The notes: generated by a model from the sequence alone, not told the origin. A DNA stretch of 64,000 bases from Eledone cirrhosa (GCA_964016885.1 OZ024746.1:41974001-42038000); one strand, 5' to 3'; positions 40,910 to 54,435 are shown, numbered from the stretch's first letter. Numbers and translations are program-made.

Positions 40910-41125
40910 AATGAGGATCGATCACAAAGAGCTGTGTGTTCACATGCATCAGTCAGCAGCTTCCTGCCTCATAGCCATCTGCTGTATACACTGGTGAGGA
41001 CATATCCTCTCCTCTGGCCAGATCATCCTTCCAGGGCCTTACTCTCATTCAAACACAGCAGCTCCAGGCTGGAAGAGCCCCCACATCAGATGACTGGATG
41101 TGATTAAGGAAGATCTCCAGAGGCT
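40910..41125 (+). mobile_element. RTE-group C-terminal relic
   Basis: Frame-broken G/H-IL...PDHPSRALLSF...WKSP...LDVIKEDL pattern; a comparable minus-strand relic lies at about 32790-32980 (SLVLWK). Confidence 0.5.
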
Positions 41126-41378
41126 TGAAATAACTGGATTATTTTATCTTGTTTGTAGTTTTAAATGTATACCTAAGAATGGTCACAGAGATTTGCTTTT
41201 ACAAAGTAAAACACTTGTATATTGTTAAGGCATTTCAATTATTTGACTAAATGTTAATTATTCAATCATAATATAGAATTGAAGCCTATTTACCACCTAG
41301 GTACTGATATAAGCAGCTAATGGGATCTTAATAAGACACAAGACAATGACTGTACTAAAAAGATTTGAACTTATGACA

Positions 41379-41564
41379 ATAGTTGTTTCTACTTTTGGCA
41401 CAAGGTCAGCAATTATCCAGTACATTACTGGTACTTTATTTTATCGACCCCGTAAGGATGAAAGGAAAAGTTAACCTCAACGGGATTTAAACTCAGACCG
41501 TAAAGGGACGTAACTATGCTGGAAAGCATGGCGTTCGACCCTCTACCGATACTGCCAATTCACC
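41379..41564 (-). mobile_element. SINE family C
   Basis: Collinear with 25647-25834. Partial or older copies also at 34497-34597 (-), 47618-47717 (+), 26340-26490, 43390-43540, 51770-51920, 52595-52775 and 59600-59730. Confidence 0.88.
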
Positions 41565-42231
41565 ATAGTGTCAGTATATTAGCACTTTAATCTTATAGAC
41601 AATGTGTTTCATTCATATCAATGAGAAAAAAATGATATACTATTCTACAAGAATATTTCAAAGTTCTATTTTATTTAATTTAAATAATTTGTTAATATAA
41701 AATAAAAATTGTGAAGAGGTTTTGATAATCAAACAAAATATTCCCTTCTTTTATTATTCACAGCCTTGATTCTAATTTCAGAATCAGTATAAATCATTTC
41801 ACCATTTGTGAACAGAATTTAATATCAGCAATCAAGATCCCTATAATCTTGGATTTGAAACATGAGTTGATTCTTGAAACTTATACACAATGTCTCTTGC
41901 ATTACTGCATTTTATAATTTGATATTTCATTTATTTCAAGAATTTTTGTATTTTTCCTTTTTTCTTTCCAGCAATTATTTAGTTTTTGTTTTATACTCGT
42001 TGATGTCCTTGTAATGAAATACAATGAAAATATGTTGCATGGTAGACTTATCCAAACCTATCGATTTATTGGATGTTAATATGATGATAATGACAATTAA
42101 GTTATGTTTTATAGCTATCTGTATTAGTGTGCCATTATTCATTAGGAATTTTTGCTTCCTTTTGTATTTCACCTTTTTAACTTTGCCAATGCCTTGGGGC
42201 ATTGTGGTCAATAAAATAAATCATTATTATT

Positions 42232-42885
42232 ATGCGGATTGGCAGTATTGGTAGAGGGTCGGATGCCATGCTTTGTAGCATAGAGTTATGGCGCTTTGTG
42301 ATCTGAGTTCAAATCCCGCCGAGGTTAACTTTGCCTTTCATCCTCACAGGGTCGATGTAATGAACTGGCCTTGTGCGAAAAGTAGAAACAATTATTATCA
42401 TAATTGGGGCACTGGATTGTCACTATCAGTACAGTGTCAGACAACATGCTTTGTGGCATATAGTTACATCCCTATATGTTCTGAGTTTAAATCCCACCAA
42501 GGTTAGCTTTGCCGTTCATCCTTACAGGATTGATAAAATATAGTACCAGTAATACACTGGTATCAATTTAATCGACTTTCCTCTCCCTTAAAATTGTTGG
42601 TTTTGTCCTTAAATCAGAAACCATTATTATTATTATGACTATTATTATTATATAGGTGGTGGATTGGCCCTATTGGTAGAGTGTCGAACTACATGCATTG
42701 TAGCATATAGTTACTTCCCTTTACATCCAGATTTCAAACCCTGCCAATGTTAGCTTTGTCATTCATCCTTTTGGGGTCAATAAAATAAAGTGCCAGTAAT
42801 GCACTAGGGTCGAGTTAATCAACTTTCCCCTCCCCATATTGCTGGTCTTGCACCAAAATCAGAAACCATTATCATTATTATTATT
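42232..42885 (+). mobile_element. Head-to-tail trimer of SINE family C
   Basis: Units at about 42232, 42405 and 42654, each ending AGAAAC(A/C)ATTATT and separated by (ATT)n-like spacers. Confidence 0.85.
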
Positions 42886-42964
42886 AAGTATGGTGGAAAG
42901 GATGAGCATTGGTCACATTGTACAGAGGTATTTAGTTATGACCCTTTTCTTTCTAAATTGAAAA

Positions 42965-43250
42965 GCAAACCATCTGAGACATAACAGGAAACTTTTAGAT
43001 TCAGCTTTGAATCCTTCACTTATCAGCCAGTGCTACAATATGTCTTTTTTATTTTCTTCCTTTTCATTTTTTTTCTTTCAGGTAATGGCTCTGGAGTAGC
43101 TTTTCTTGCCATTGTTTCAGTTTGGTATTCTGTAGCCTTATTTTCAGCTTAGCTTTTAGCTTTTTCACAACTTCCGTTGCTGCTTTTGCTCCCAACTGTC
43201 TGTTACATCAATCTCTGTTGTGCATTTGTTTTGCTTCCTTGAAGACAAAA
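42965..43250 (-). mobile_element. R4/Dong-type non-LTR relic
   Basis: KKLKAKLKIRLQNTKLKQWQEKLLQSHY (compare W..K.LHG.Y), followed by HWL..EGFKAESKSFL (compare WL..GLK.ETEGF). Confidence 0.55.
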
Positions 43251-44857
43251 AAAATCAGCATTTCATTTTGTTTATATTTTGTAGCTATTTGCATTAGCTT
43301 TTTACCCTTACAGCAAATATCTTATAATAGTTTTCTAGTTGCATTAGACCCTAATTTCTTTGTATTTGTTGTAAATATAGTTTTTCTAAGTGGAGAATTG
43401 ACAAAGTCATTAAAAAGTCAGATAGAATGTGGTATTTGTTCTGGCTCTCTGCATGCTGAGTTCAAAACTTACTGAAGTCAGCTTTGTATTTCATCCTTTT
43501 GCAGTTGATAAATAAACTACTAGTCAAGTACTGAGGTCAATTCTTCCTCTATAATTCTACTCACTTCATCGCTATTACTTATTATTTCTCCTTTACTAAT
43601 TCACTTACCCACCAGGGGAGAACCTTATAACTATAACTTATAACTGTGTCAGTTAGAATATTGATGGATATGACTTTATGATCTTGTTTTTAGCTCTGTT
43701 TTAAATATTTATAATTCTTCTTAAACTTTTCTTAGATTTTCTTTATGTTGTACATTGTCTCATTCCTTTATTTATTATAAAAGTATAAATTGTTAAGGTA
43801 TAATGAATTCATCTACTTTTGCAAAAGTTTAAGCAATATTACTCTAGACAAGATGGCGAAGGCATATTGCTACAGAAAACAGCCAGTGACACCTGCTGTA
43901 TCAGCCACTCACCCTCACCCCTCACAGAGATCCTTCCTCAGGCAAAATCCATTTCTCTCGCTTTTGCAGAGGAAAATGAGAGTTCGGAAACCAAGGACAC
44001 TAGAGGTCTCAACATTGACCAGCACATCATGGAAGCAGTCAGAGAAATCCCAATATCATTGATTCTTAAGTATTTATAAGTCTGTGGTTTGATCTAATTC
44101 TCTTATCTGTGTTTCTTTATCTCTTTATCTAACAGGATGTTACTGTTTTTAATTAATTTTTAATTAATTTTTAATTAATTCTTAATTGATTTTTTATTTA
44201 TTTTCTTCTTTTCAATATGATTTTTCTAATAAATTTCTCCTATTATAATCAGCAATTGACATGAACAATTATAAACAACTATTGGTAGGATGCTTTGATG
44301 AGGGGGGATTTAATTGACCCTTGTTGGCCATGCTTCTCTTTGGGAAATTTATACACTGAGAATACCAAAATTTCTTCTCATTCATTAAATGTCTGACTAA
44401 ACTCTCACACTTTCAGTAACTTGTTGAAATATTTGTTCATCCATTGCCACAAAGGTAGTGGCTGAAAAGATTTGAATACACTATGAGTAACTAAATGTTT
44501 AGAACAGGTACACTGTATACTTGTATGAGAGGTGACTAAAAGGGTTGACATGAAGAAAGGTACTGGGTTTGAAAGCACTGCCTCAAAATATACTATTCAA
44601 CCAAGCAAACTTAGAAGATTAGATATAAAAATGATGCCTCTGTTCTTGTTGCCATTTATTGTAGGCACATGTATTTATAGAATTCTGCAGGATTACTTGA
44701 AGAGAAACGAGCCGGTTTTTTTTCACCTACAGGCTTCACATTCATACGAAAAAGAAGGTTCATCCTTAACTATTTTATTGTGTACATATACTTTTTCAGA
44801 CATCCATTTTAGTTTATTCATTAGTGCCTCTGTATTAGCAGATATATATATATATAT

Positions 44858-45188
44858 GGAGGCACATGGCTTAGTGGTTAGAGCATTGGCCTTGCAATCG
44901 AAAGGTTGTGAGTTCAATTCTCAGACCAGGTAATGTGTTGTTTCCTTGAGCAAGACACTTTATTTCACATTGCTCCAGTTTACTCAGCTGTAGAAATGAG
45001 ATGATAGGGACTGGGGTCCCTATCATTCCACTGTAAAGTGGAGGTGCCACGGCAAAAAAAGCACCCAGCACTCACTGTAAATGAGGTTGGTGTTAGGAAG
45101 GGCATCCAGCTGTAGAAATCAAGCCAGAATCAGTCCCTGTCCCACCCTTGCAAGCAGGGAAAAATCGGACGTAAAATGAAATGATGAT
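44858..45188 (+). mobile_element. Full-length SINE family A
   Basis: GGAGGCACATGGCTTAGTGGTTAGAGC (A box) ... GTTCAATTC (B box), core, RTE-shared segment, ATG tail; sits in a TA run. Confidence 0.92.
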
Positions 45189-45769
45189 ATTTATATATAT
45201 ATATATGAAGTTACAATCTAAACAGCACAAAAATGAGCAATAACAAAAGCACTACTACCACCTACAACTACACCAACCACTATCAAGAGTTATTTTTGCT
45301 ATAGTTTTGTCAACTAAAATCAAATACAGATTAACACTTGGTAAAAGAAAGAGCATTGCTGATGTATGTCACAAAGACAAGAAAGAACTGTCATACCATT
45401 ATTTTCTTTGAATGCCATAAAAAAAGGTAGTTGGAGGACACCATAGCTTATGTGTGTTAGAATATATACTCCCTCAACAGATGTAAGGAATATACAAATG
45501 TATGCCTATTATCTATGATTGATAATACATTGCTAAAAATAGTGAAAAGCCCAAAAGAAAGGGAATTGATGGTAGATGGTAAAAGCTGATTATGACTGCT
45601 GCTGGTTCAACATTCAGTGGGAATGGAAACAGAATCAAATTATCCTTTATACTATTGGTACCAAAGGCAGAGCCTATGAGTATTAGCTCCACTCTATTGT
45701 TTGGGAGCAATGGGAAGATGACACCTAGAAAAAATTGAGAAGTTCCAAGCTGTAGCCAGTTCATTGTCA

Positions 45770-46560
45770 TGTACCTGCTATGGTGCATGTTTATACCACT
45801 TCATATCCATTTTCCATTGAAATGGTGGCCAGTGTATATAGCTGCCAACTCAATCATGCCTGTACATATATTCAAACTTGACAAGGACTAGGTAGCTACA
45901 GATGTATCTCATTGTGCCTGTTGTACAGTCTACCTTTAATGTTAGGATCTATTCTAAGAAGTTTAATTTGTAGTCTCATACTGGTCTTTTGTAGCTAGAA
46001 TAGACCTTCTGTTTCTAATTTTAATCCACAACTTTTGAGCTATCGTTGATTTTTACTTTGGCTTTCACTCTGTTGAGCCTTGTGGGTTATTGACCTTAGA
46101 ACGTTTTTCTTTCCATTTCATCTTTAGTATATTCTGTAATTCCATTTTAATATTGTTTATCATTCTTTAAGCTTTTCTGATGTAAAGTTCCTATCTATTG
46201 TTTCAGTGTAGTTGGTGTCTAGTTTATATTTTATCGTTACTTTGTATATACAGAAATTTATATTGGCATGTGTGTTTCTCTATTACAATAATCAGTCTTT
46301 CTCTGTTTGCTTCATTAAAACTATTGTTGTTTTATCATAATTTTCTATTTATATCAGAACACACTGTACTTGAGTGCAGGGGAAGTTTATTCTATCTATA
46401 TCTGCTTTGTTGGATAGGCTTCTCAGTAGTTTCCTAGTTTTTCTGTCTAGAACTTCCATTTTATTATATTGAAGCTGAATTTACTACTGAGGTGGCTAGC
46501 ATATCTATACTATCATATTACTAACATTGAGTTCAGTTTTAATATTTTTCTAACTCTTCT
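45770..46560 (-). mobile_element. R4/Dong-type non-LTR relic
   Basis: LDRKTRKLL...KADIDRINFP, LKSCGLKLETEG, EYMYRHD*VGSYIHW, KWYKHAP*QVHDN appear in the expected order. Confidence 0.7.
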
Positions 46561-48214
46561 GTTGTATTCTTTCCTAATTTTCCCTTTCATTTCCATGTGT
46601 TAATAAAATCAAACTATACTTTCTCCCCACAAAAGTTGTAGTCTTGGGGCTATTCACGAAATTAATATTCTAACCGTTCTAAACTTTATTTCTAAACATA
46701 ACAGACAATATAATATTTTGAATAAAAAGAGAAAAGGGAAAGGGAAAAAAAACACACACACACACAAACAGGGAATACACACATCTAGGACTACATATAA
46801 CAAAAGGCAGGTGAAAGGGGTGGACAAACGAACTGCTGCCAGAACAAAAGGTAATGATATCATGAGGAGCACTGGAAAAACCTCTCTAATAATTTTTGAG
46901 GCAAGCCAGCACATTTGCAGCATTACCTCGGGTGATGGCAAGGCTGATGAGCTGGAACAGCCAAGCGTCTTCGTGAACATCACCAGTTACTGTCACTAAA
47001 TTTGTAGAATTCATTCAAACTCTATGCATTTTGAGTTCGAATCCTGCCAAAGTCAACTTTACCTTTTGACTTGGGACAAAGCAAAACACAGTAGTTAACA
47101 TTATTTAGGAATTGAAATTAGAAGGTAATTTCTTTATTGGCCATGTTGGCCCTTGTGGCCAATAAAGAAATTATTATTTTAGATATTCTTTTCTAATATA
47201 AAGTCCTATTATTTTTCTTGGAATTTGCTGCTACCATTTAAAAAAATTTCCCAAGGAGTCACTGTCATGATTTTACACTTTTCTGTCTTATCCACTTTAT
47301 CAGTGAATAGTTTCTTCCTTTCTTCCATATATAATATAGTAGTCACATTAGATGTTGAAATACAAACCAATTTTTGCTGTTCTAGATAGAATTATATACT
47401 AGTTTTGCTTTTAGTACAATTTCTCCATTCTTTCTATTATGTATTTTCTTCCTAATTCCTAGTGGATAATGGTGATGATGATGATATTGATGACGATCAT
47501 CATCATGATATTGATGATGATCATGATCATATTGATCATCATCCTTGCTGCTGCCACCACCACAGTTACCATCATTGTCACATAATAATCACCTTCATCA
47601 TTTACATCATCATAAATGAGGTTAACTTTGCCTTTCATCCTTATGGGGTCGATAAAATAAAGTACCAGTAATGCACTGGGTAATTGCTGGCCTTGTGCCA
47701 AAAGTAGAAACAATTATCTTTATTAGTCTTCTCATTATTAGTGTTATTGTTTTTATTATTAATATTATTATTTTATAAATGTATGTTTATATAAATGACC
47801 AAGAATACAAAAATACACACGCTCGCACAAGATGCATGATTATTTTCTATATGACTATGTATGTGTAGTGTGTGTATACATGTATTTGTTTTGATATTGT
47901 AGGAAATTGGCCTATATTATATAGAATCAGATTATGATGTGGCTGTATACGCATGTATGTATGTGTGCTCATATGTGAGTGTGTATACAAGTGAGTGTGT
48001 GTTTATGTGTGCCCGCTAAGGTCAATGAATTTGGAATTTCTCTGGTTATGTTTTTTTTTCTTTTATTTATTTCTAGTAATCATGATTTCTAGTTGTTCAA
48101 TTCACTTAGACATTTATTTATTGGCTGTGAAAGCAATTTTCAGACAGCTATTACTCTTTGTAACAAAGAAAATATAAGAAGAAATCATTTGGATTTATGG
48201 AGAGATGTGACAAA

Positions 48215-48500
48215 GAAGGAAAGAAAGAAACAAACAAAATGAAGGATAGAAAAAAAGAAAGAAGCAAACAAACAAACAAAATGAAAGAAAGAGGATAAGT
48301 GAGATAGAAAGAAAGAAAGAAACAAACAAAATGAAAGAAAGAGGATAAGTGAGATAGAAAGAAACAGGGAAAGTGAGAAAGTGAGATAGAGAGGAAGAAA
48401 GAAAAAGAGAAGGTTGAAAGAAATAAGGATAGAAAGGGAGAGAGAAAGAACAAAAGGAATGAAAAAAAAGAAAATGTGATAAAATCAAGGAAAAAAAAGA
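48215..48500. repeat. Purine-rich low-complexity tract with an internal unit of about 48 bp
   Basis: AAACAAACAAAATGAAAGAAAGAGGATAAGTGAGATAGAAAGAAA occurs twice, plus a variant. Confidence 0.8.
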
Positions 48501-50408
48501 AAGAAAAAAACATAGAAAGAAATTGTAATAAATTTTCGATATAGTTTATACTTAAGTCTTCATTATGAAAACAAAATCTAGACAATTGGGCAAACTAAAA
48601 TTAATTTATTTGACAAGTTTAGGGCAAGTTTATATAGATGTTATCTATTTTGGTCTGGTATTCTTTGTCTAGTTCATCTCTCAGAACTTGTAGTAAATAC
48701 ATGTCCATACTTGAGAATACCACCATTTTAGCTTTAGCTTTTGGTTGTTTACTTAGCTGAAATGATATGAATAAATTGTGAGAAACTTAGTTTAGTTAGT
48801 TTAGCAATATTTCTAATGAATCAGTGTGAATATAATCAAGAATTTGAGTGATTTAGTAATGCAACTAACATTTTAATTATTTAGTTGCTGTTTGAAGCAT
48901 AGCATAACAAAGGTCCTTTCATATGATGTTTAGATTAATATAAATGCCTTAGAATAAACATCTTTGTATCAAAGAACCAGTGGCAGCTTTAGGCAGTTTG
49001 GTCTCTTGAGGAAAGGCCTCAAAGAATGTTGGAGGGAGAAAGGAAAGTATCCTCTAACCAAAAGCTTCTCAGAAATGCTTGCAAAAGAGTGGACTAAATG
49101 TGCCAGGTGTTGGTGGTAAACCAGGTAACAGATTAAATCTACCCCCTAAGTAAGCCACCACAGAATTTGGCCTCAGAATGCAAAGAACCAAAACAAATAT
49201 TGCATTTTATCCAACAATTCTGCCAGTCCACCTCTCTCGACTGGTACTCTATTGACTTTGAAAGGATGAAAGATAAAGTTGACCTAAAATCACAGAAGAA
49301 TTAACTCCTATGTTGTTACTTAAAAGTTAATGTTGCTGTTGTTGATATGAGTCATTATCATCATGATGATCATCATCATCACCATCATCATTATTGAAAT
49401 GTTCTTTGTCTTTCTCTTCCAATTACAATTTTTCCTTATGCCATTGGCATTGCAATCATCATCATGATTCTTATCGTCATTATCAACATCATCAAGCATG
49501 TCCTCTTTACCATTCTCATCCTCCTCATCATGACCAGCATAAATATCCAATGAGAGAGCTGTATGGTCACCCATTACTTCAAATTCCCCTTAAATCTCAC
49601 TGTAGTATCATCATCATAATGTTACAGCCACTTCCCATGTTCTTTTGGTTTGGATGATTCCTCAGTCCAAGATTAATTAGATGGCAAATGTATGCTTTCT
49701 GTGGCTGGATACTCACCCTTCTTAATACCAACTCCCTTACAAGATTTACTGGGTGTGTTTTATTATGGCAAAGACACATTGGATAGTCTGGTCCAGGACT
49801 GCCTGCATGTAGGATAAAAATAGAACAAAGATAGCTGGAATGCATCTAATCATGTCTGTTTGATCATGGTTGATGTGGGGCTAAACAACAACATTCTTAA
49901 TAGGATACTTATGATATCCTCCTCATCTTCTATGAAACAAAACTTCTTTTCATTCTTCCCCCTCGCTGGGAGGGTTATGGGGGCAGATTCCTTAGATACA
50001 CTTTCCAGAGGGTCCTATCAGAAGCAAATATTTCCAGTTGAACTGGCTGGATCCCCAAGCAAGACCAACTGAACTCATAGATATTATCCAACCATATTGC
50101 TCCCAGTTCTAACAAGTTCAATTAGTCTAGTTCCAAATAAGTATCATAATTAAAAACATTTCTCTGCTGTAAACAGCAGAAGCACTAAAATTGATAAGAG
50201 TTTCATTAACATTTAGTGCATGTCTCAAATTATTCTATTGAAATAGAAATGACAGCCAACCAGAAATGTAGTGCATGTTTCTCAAGAAAAAAAGATCCTG
50301 TTTGATTGGCAGGATTACTAGGTGATGTCAGTTTTATGACATATCTCAACACTAGTTATTAAACGAGATAAACTGTACCATGCATAATAAAGTGGGTTTA
50401 GACCTTAC

Positions 50409-50910
50409 ATAGATTAAAGAACTCTTTGATAGTGTTGATTTCCTATAAGGAATTACATTTCTTTGGGGTACATAAGGCATATTATTTTGCTTCAGATTAC
50501 TGACAACTCTTATTCTATATGTACAGTGCAAAAGGAAAAAAAGAAACAAATTTCTTAAAATGGTTGTAATTCATCTGAAATGAAAAGATGTGTGGTTAAG
50601 ATGTTACATTATTCAGGTATATATTATAGATTGCAAATGCACCAACTAATTCATGTGAAAGCTAGAGGTGATATGAGGTTAAAATGCTGTATTAATCTGG
50701 TATATATATTACACATAGAAAATGTGCCAAATAACTTCGTGTTGCATCGATAGTCATCATTCATTACGCTGCTTGGTTCTGTCCATCTGAAAAATTGGTA
50801 TCACTTCCATTATTACAATATTGATACTGTGAAGAAAATCTAGCTGTGAAGCATTCCGAAATTTTATATTCATGGAAATTAGCTGAACATGCAGAGCCAT
50901 CCGACCAAAC
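50409..50910 (-). other. Pair of phase-compatible candidate exons (50910-50768, 50514-50409)
   Basis: AG|GTTTGG...GCAGC|GTAATG (143 nt, ends phase 2) joins AG|AATAAG...CTAT|GTAAGG (106 nt). The join is open: VWSDGSACSANFHEYKISECFTARFSSQYQYCNNGSDTNFSDGQNQAAIRVVSNLKQNNMPYVPQRNVIPYRKSTLSKSSLIY. Confidence 0.55.
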
Positions 50911-51385
50911 CTATAGACCATTAAAAAAGAAGAAGCATTATTTATAAAACAATATTGCAAAGGAAAGAAAAGAGAAACATTATTAAAATATATTGTAATC
51001 TTAGTTTGTAATGCTTCATTCTAGAATGTGAAGAAAGCTGTTATTGATGATGAAAGCAGGAGAAGTAGTTGTGCTTAAGTGAAGAAGGCAATATATTATC
51101 AAGACTGCAATAATAATAATAATATTTTCTTTATTGGCCAGAAGTGCATATGCATACAAAACAAAACGTCTTTGAAAATATTACAATACATAGTAGAGGT
51201 GTACACACACACATAAATGCATGTGTGGTTTCTGATCTGTGAGTCTGCTGTGTGAAAGGTTCAGCACAGCCAATAGACCTGTCCCTACTCATAGCAGTGC
51301 CATTCAGTTACTCTGGAGTTTTGCCTGTTTATCACAGGGTCATCAGACAAGAACAGATATATGTGTATGTATATGTGTATATATA

Positions 51386-51421
<36 letters not shown>

Positions 51422-51429
51422 CATATATA

Positions 51430-51700
51430 TATGAAATGGTGGGTCACACCATAGTCACCTGTATTGTAAACTAAGTAATACAAAATGGTGTGATACCAAA
51501 TGACTAACATAGCATCAATATCCTTAACTGCTACATGGGCAAAGGAGAAAACTATAGAGGCATTAAGTCAGTTGACCAGGTCATGAAGGTCACACAAAGA
51601 GTTATCACACAGCTGAGTTAAACTTGATGAAATGCAGTTTGGATTTATGCCAGGTAAAGGTACCACAGATAAGGCAACTGCAGGAGAAATACCTAGCTAT
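51430..51700 (+). mobile_element. Old PHD-RTE RT fragment
   Basis: NYRGIK..DQVMKVTQRVI.QL, DEMQFGFMPGKGTTD, RQLQEKYLA, matching 35610-35906. Confidence 0.8.
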
Positions 51701-51707
51701 ACACTTC

Positions 51708-51773
<66 letters not shown>

Positions 51774-53405
51774 CCAGACTCATTAGAATGTAGAATACAA
51801 TGCTTTGCACTATCCATTCTGGCTCTCTGCTCTCTGAATTTAAATCCCACTGAGGTCAACCATGCTTTTCATCCTTTCTAGGTCAATAAAATAAGTAACC
51901 GTATGGTACTAGGGCCGATTCCACCTCTACATCTTTTTCTCACTTCCTTTCTCTCACTCTACATCCTTCTCTGGAAGAAATCAAATATGTAGTCTGCTGC
52001 TAATGTGAGAATTCATTATGTTGGACATTAGGATTAATTTATCTAATTCTGGTCTAAATTTACTCAGATTATACATCAATGAAGTGACAAATATTTAGTG
52101 TGCAGATCTGTATGCATAACTTGATACTGAAAATGATGATAATCCTACAATACTTGTGTGTCCTGTCATCAGATAAAGTTTAATTCTAATTCAAGAGCTT
52201 TTCCTAATCAGTTTACTATGGGATGATTCTACACACTAATCATCAAATTTACAAATTTCAGAATACATTCATTGAAAAGCCAAAACAACAAGAAATTTTG
52301 GAAGGAATATTATCAAATACTTTTCTTCTTAGTTGCACATAATAAATAATTTGTGTTACTAATTAAATATAGTTGATGTTTAATTGCAAGTCAATCTAGT
52401 CCAGCTGACCTACTATTAAAGGTGCTCTTGCTGTGACTATTCTGATGTTTCACTTGTTTTCCTTCTTCAGATACAATCTATTTAAGACTACCTTTTTCAA
52501 ATATATCTTTCTTTTTTCAAGATAGTAGGGTTTGATTAGAGGAAAATTTGGCTGCTATTTCTTGTCAGTTAAGCAGCCATGCAGAGGCTCATTAATTGGC
52601 AGAATCGGTAGAGCGTCAGACACATTTTTTGTAGCATAGAGTTATGTCCCTTTGTGTTCTAAGTTCAAATCAGGGTCTATAAAATAAACCACCAGTAATG
52701 CACTGGGGTCTATTTAATCGACTTTCCCCTCCCCACAAAATTCCTGACCTTGTGCCAATAGTAGAAATCATTATTGTTAATTGTAGAGTTGGTAAATTCT
52801 AGTCCTTTAAATGTTGGGGTACATTGGGGTACCAAGCCATCTTATAGGTGAGAATTGCTCTGTATATGCTGACATGCAATGGTTTATTATGAGCAATGCA
52901 GTATCACAGTCTGTGCTTGCTGTGTCTCATCTGCAGGCCAGTCTACTCTTGTATGTGCAAAGTTTGTTTTAGCAGCCACAGTAAATGCAAAGTAGATGGT
53001 GATGGCAAGTGAGCCATAGAGAGAGAGAGAAGGGGGAGTCTCTGCACAATCACTTGACCTGGAAGCAATAGCTGACACATTTCCATTAATCTACTTTCTA
53101 ACAACTTAAAATTGGAAATATACATTTCAGAATTTAATTCTGAGGAGAATATGTCTGAAAACAAGAAGATGATTACAGCTTGATTACATGTCGAATGATG
53201 AAAAGGTTAACAGAAATCAAGACTAGATTGATATTCCAGACATGAAGAAAACATTAGCCATAAAGAAAGATAAAAGCAATTAGTTGTTGGTGTTGTTTAG
53301 CTGCAGGTCAGTCATCACTGAGTAGAACTATGATCAAATGTACTCTTGACAAGACTATTTCATTCTTCATTCAAACTACATCATACAGTCTGTTTAGTTA
53401 GAAAT

Positions 53406-53631
53406 GTGAAGGTGCTAGGCTTAGTGGTGAGAGAATTGGATTCACAATCACGAGATGTCAGTTCAATTCCTGGACCGGGAAATGTGTTATGTCCTTCAAC
53501 ATCACATTTTATTTTACGTTGCTCTTTCTGCCAAGAGTTACAACTGGTAGATACTATTAGCAATGGAAAGACCAATGGAAACATTGTTTCCTTGGTCCAA
53601 TTTGATGTGATAGATTCCACTTAGATTTTAT
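53406..53631 (+). mobile_element. SINE family B with 13-bp TSD
   Basis: Collinear with 24323-24541; TTTAGTTAGAAAT at 53393-53405 and 53632-53644. Confidence 0.85.
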
Positions 53632-53709
53632 TTTAGTTAGAAATAGAGCTTATTGAAAATATAATTACTAGAATATGAAGAGAGTGTAGGAAGTTTAGAG
53701 GAGTGCTTT

Positions 53710-53840
53710 TCAAATTATTAACTTTTTAAAATAATTTAATAATTATTAACTTTTAATAATTTCAAATTATTAACTTTTATAATAATTTAATAATTATTAA
53801 CTTTTAATAATTTCAAATTATTAACTTTTTAAAATAATTT
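53710..53840. repeat. AT-rich tandem repeat of about 52 bp, roughly 2.5 copies
   Basis: TCAAATTATTAACTTTTwAwAATAATTTAATAATTATTAACTTTTAATAATT repeated. Confidence 0.8.
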
Positions 53841-53844
53841 TTGT

Positions 53845-54435
53845 GGGATTATAGGCAGGTTAGCAGAGAATGTAAACTTTGTTTGCAACAGATGTACATG
53901 AGAAATAAGGACTAGGAGCAAAAGTGAAATACATCTCCTTAGTTGCCAGGTAGGCTCACTAGAAGTTATTGACAGCTTTAGCTACCTAGGTGACATAATC
54001 TGCAGTGGAGTAGGATGCTCCAAAAGCAGAATAGCTAGAATAAGAATAGGCTGAAAGAAGTCTTGTGAGCAAGTACCTCTAATAAGAGCAAAGGTCTTCT
54101 CTCTCAGAGTGAAGTTTTGACTGTATGGTGCTTGTGTGTGAACTGCAATGCTACATGAACCTTGATTGCAGAAGGTCTGTGAAGGATAGAATGAGCTGTC
54201 ACAAATATGTTCTGGTGGATGTGAAATGTTAGTGTTTATAACGACAATACATAAATGAACTAAGAGAAAAACTCTCTTGCATCCTCAATCTGATTCCTCT
54301 TACTTCATAAGAGGAATCAGATTGAGGATGCAAGACAGAAAACTGCACTGGTATGGGCATGTGATACAAATGAAAGATGACAGCTGTATAAAAAAATGTA
54401 GAGCAATCTCAGTGAATGGAACCTGTGAAAGAGGT
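53845..54435 (+). mobile_element. Old PHD-RTE relic (C-terminal half of the PHD to the end of the ORF)
   Basis: FVCNRC, LEVIDSFSYLGD, KLHWYGHVIQMKDDSCIKKCRA. Confidence 0.8.
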
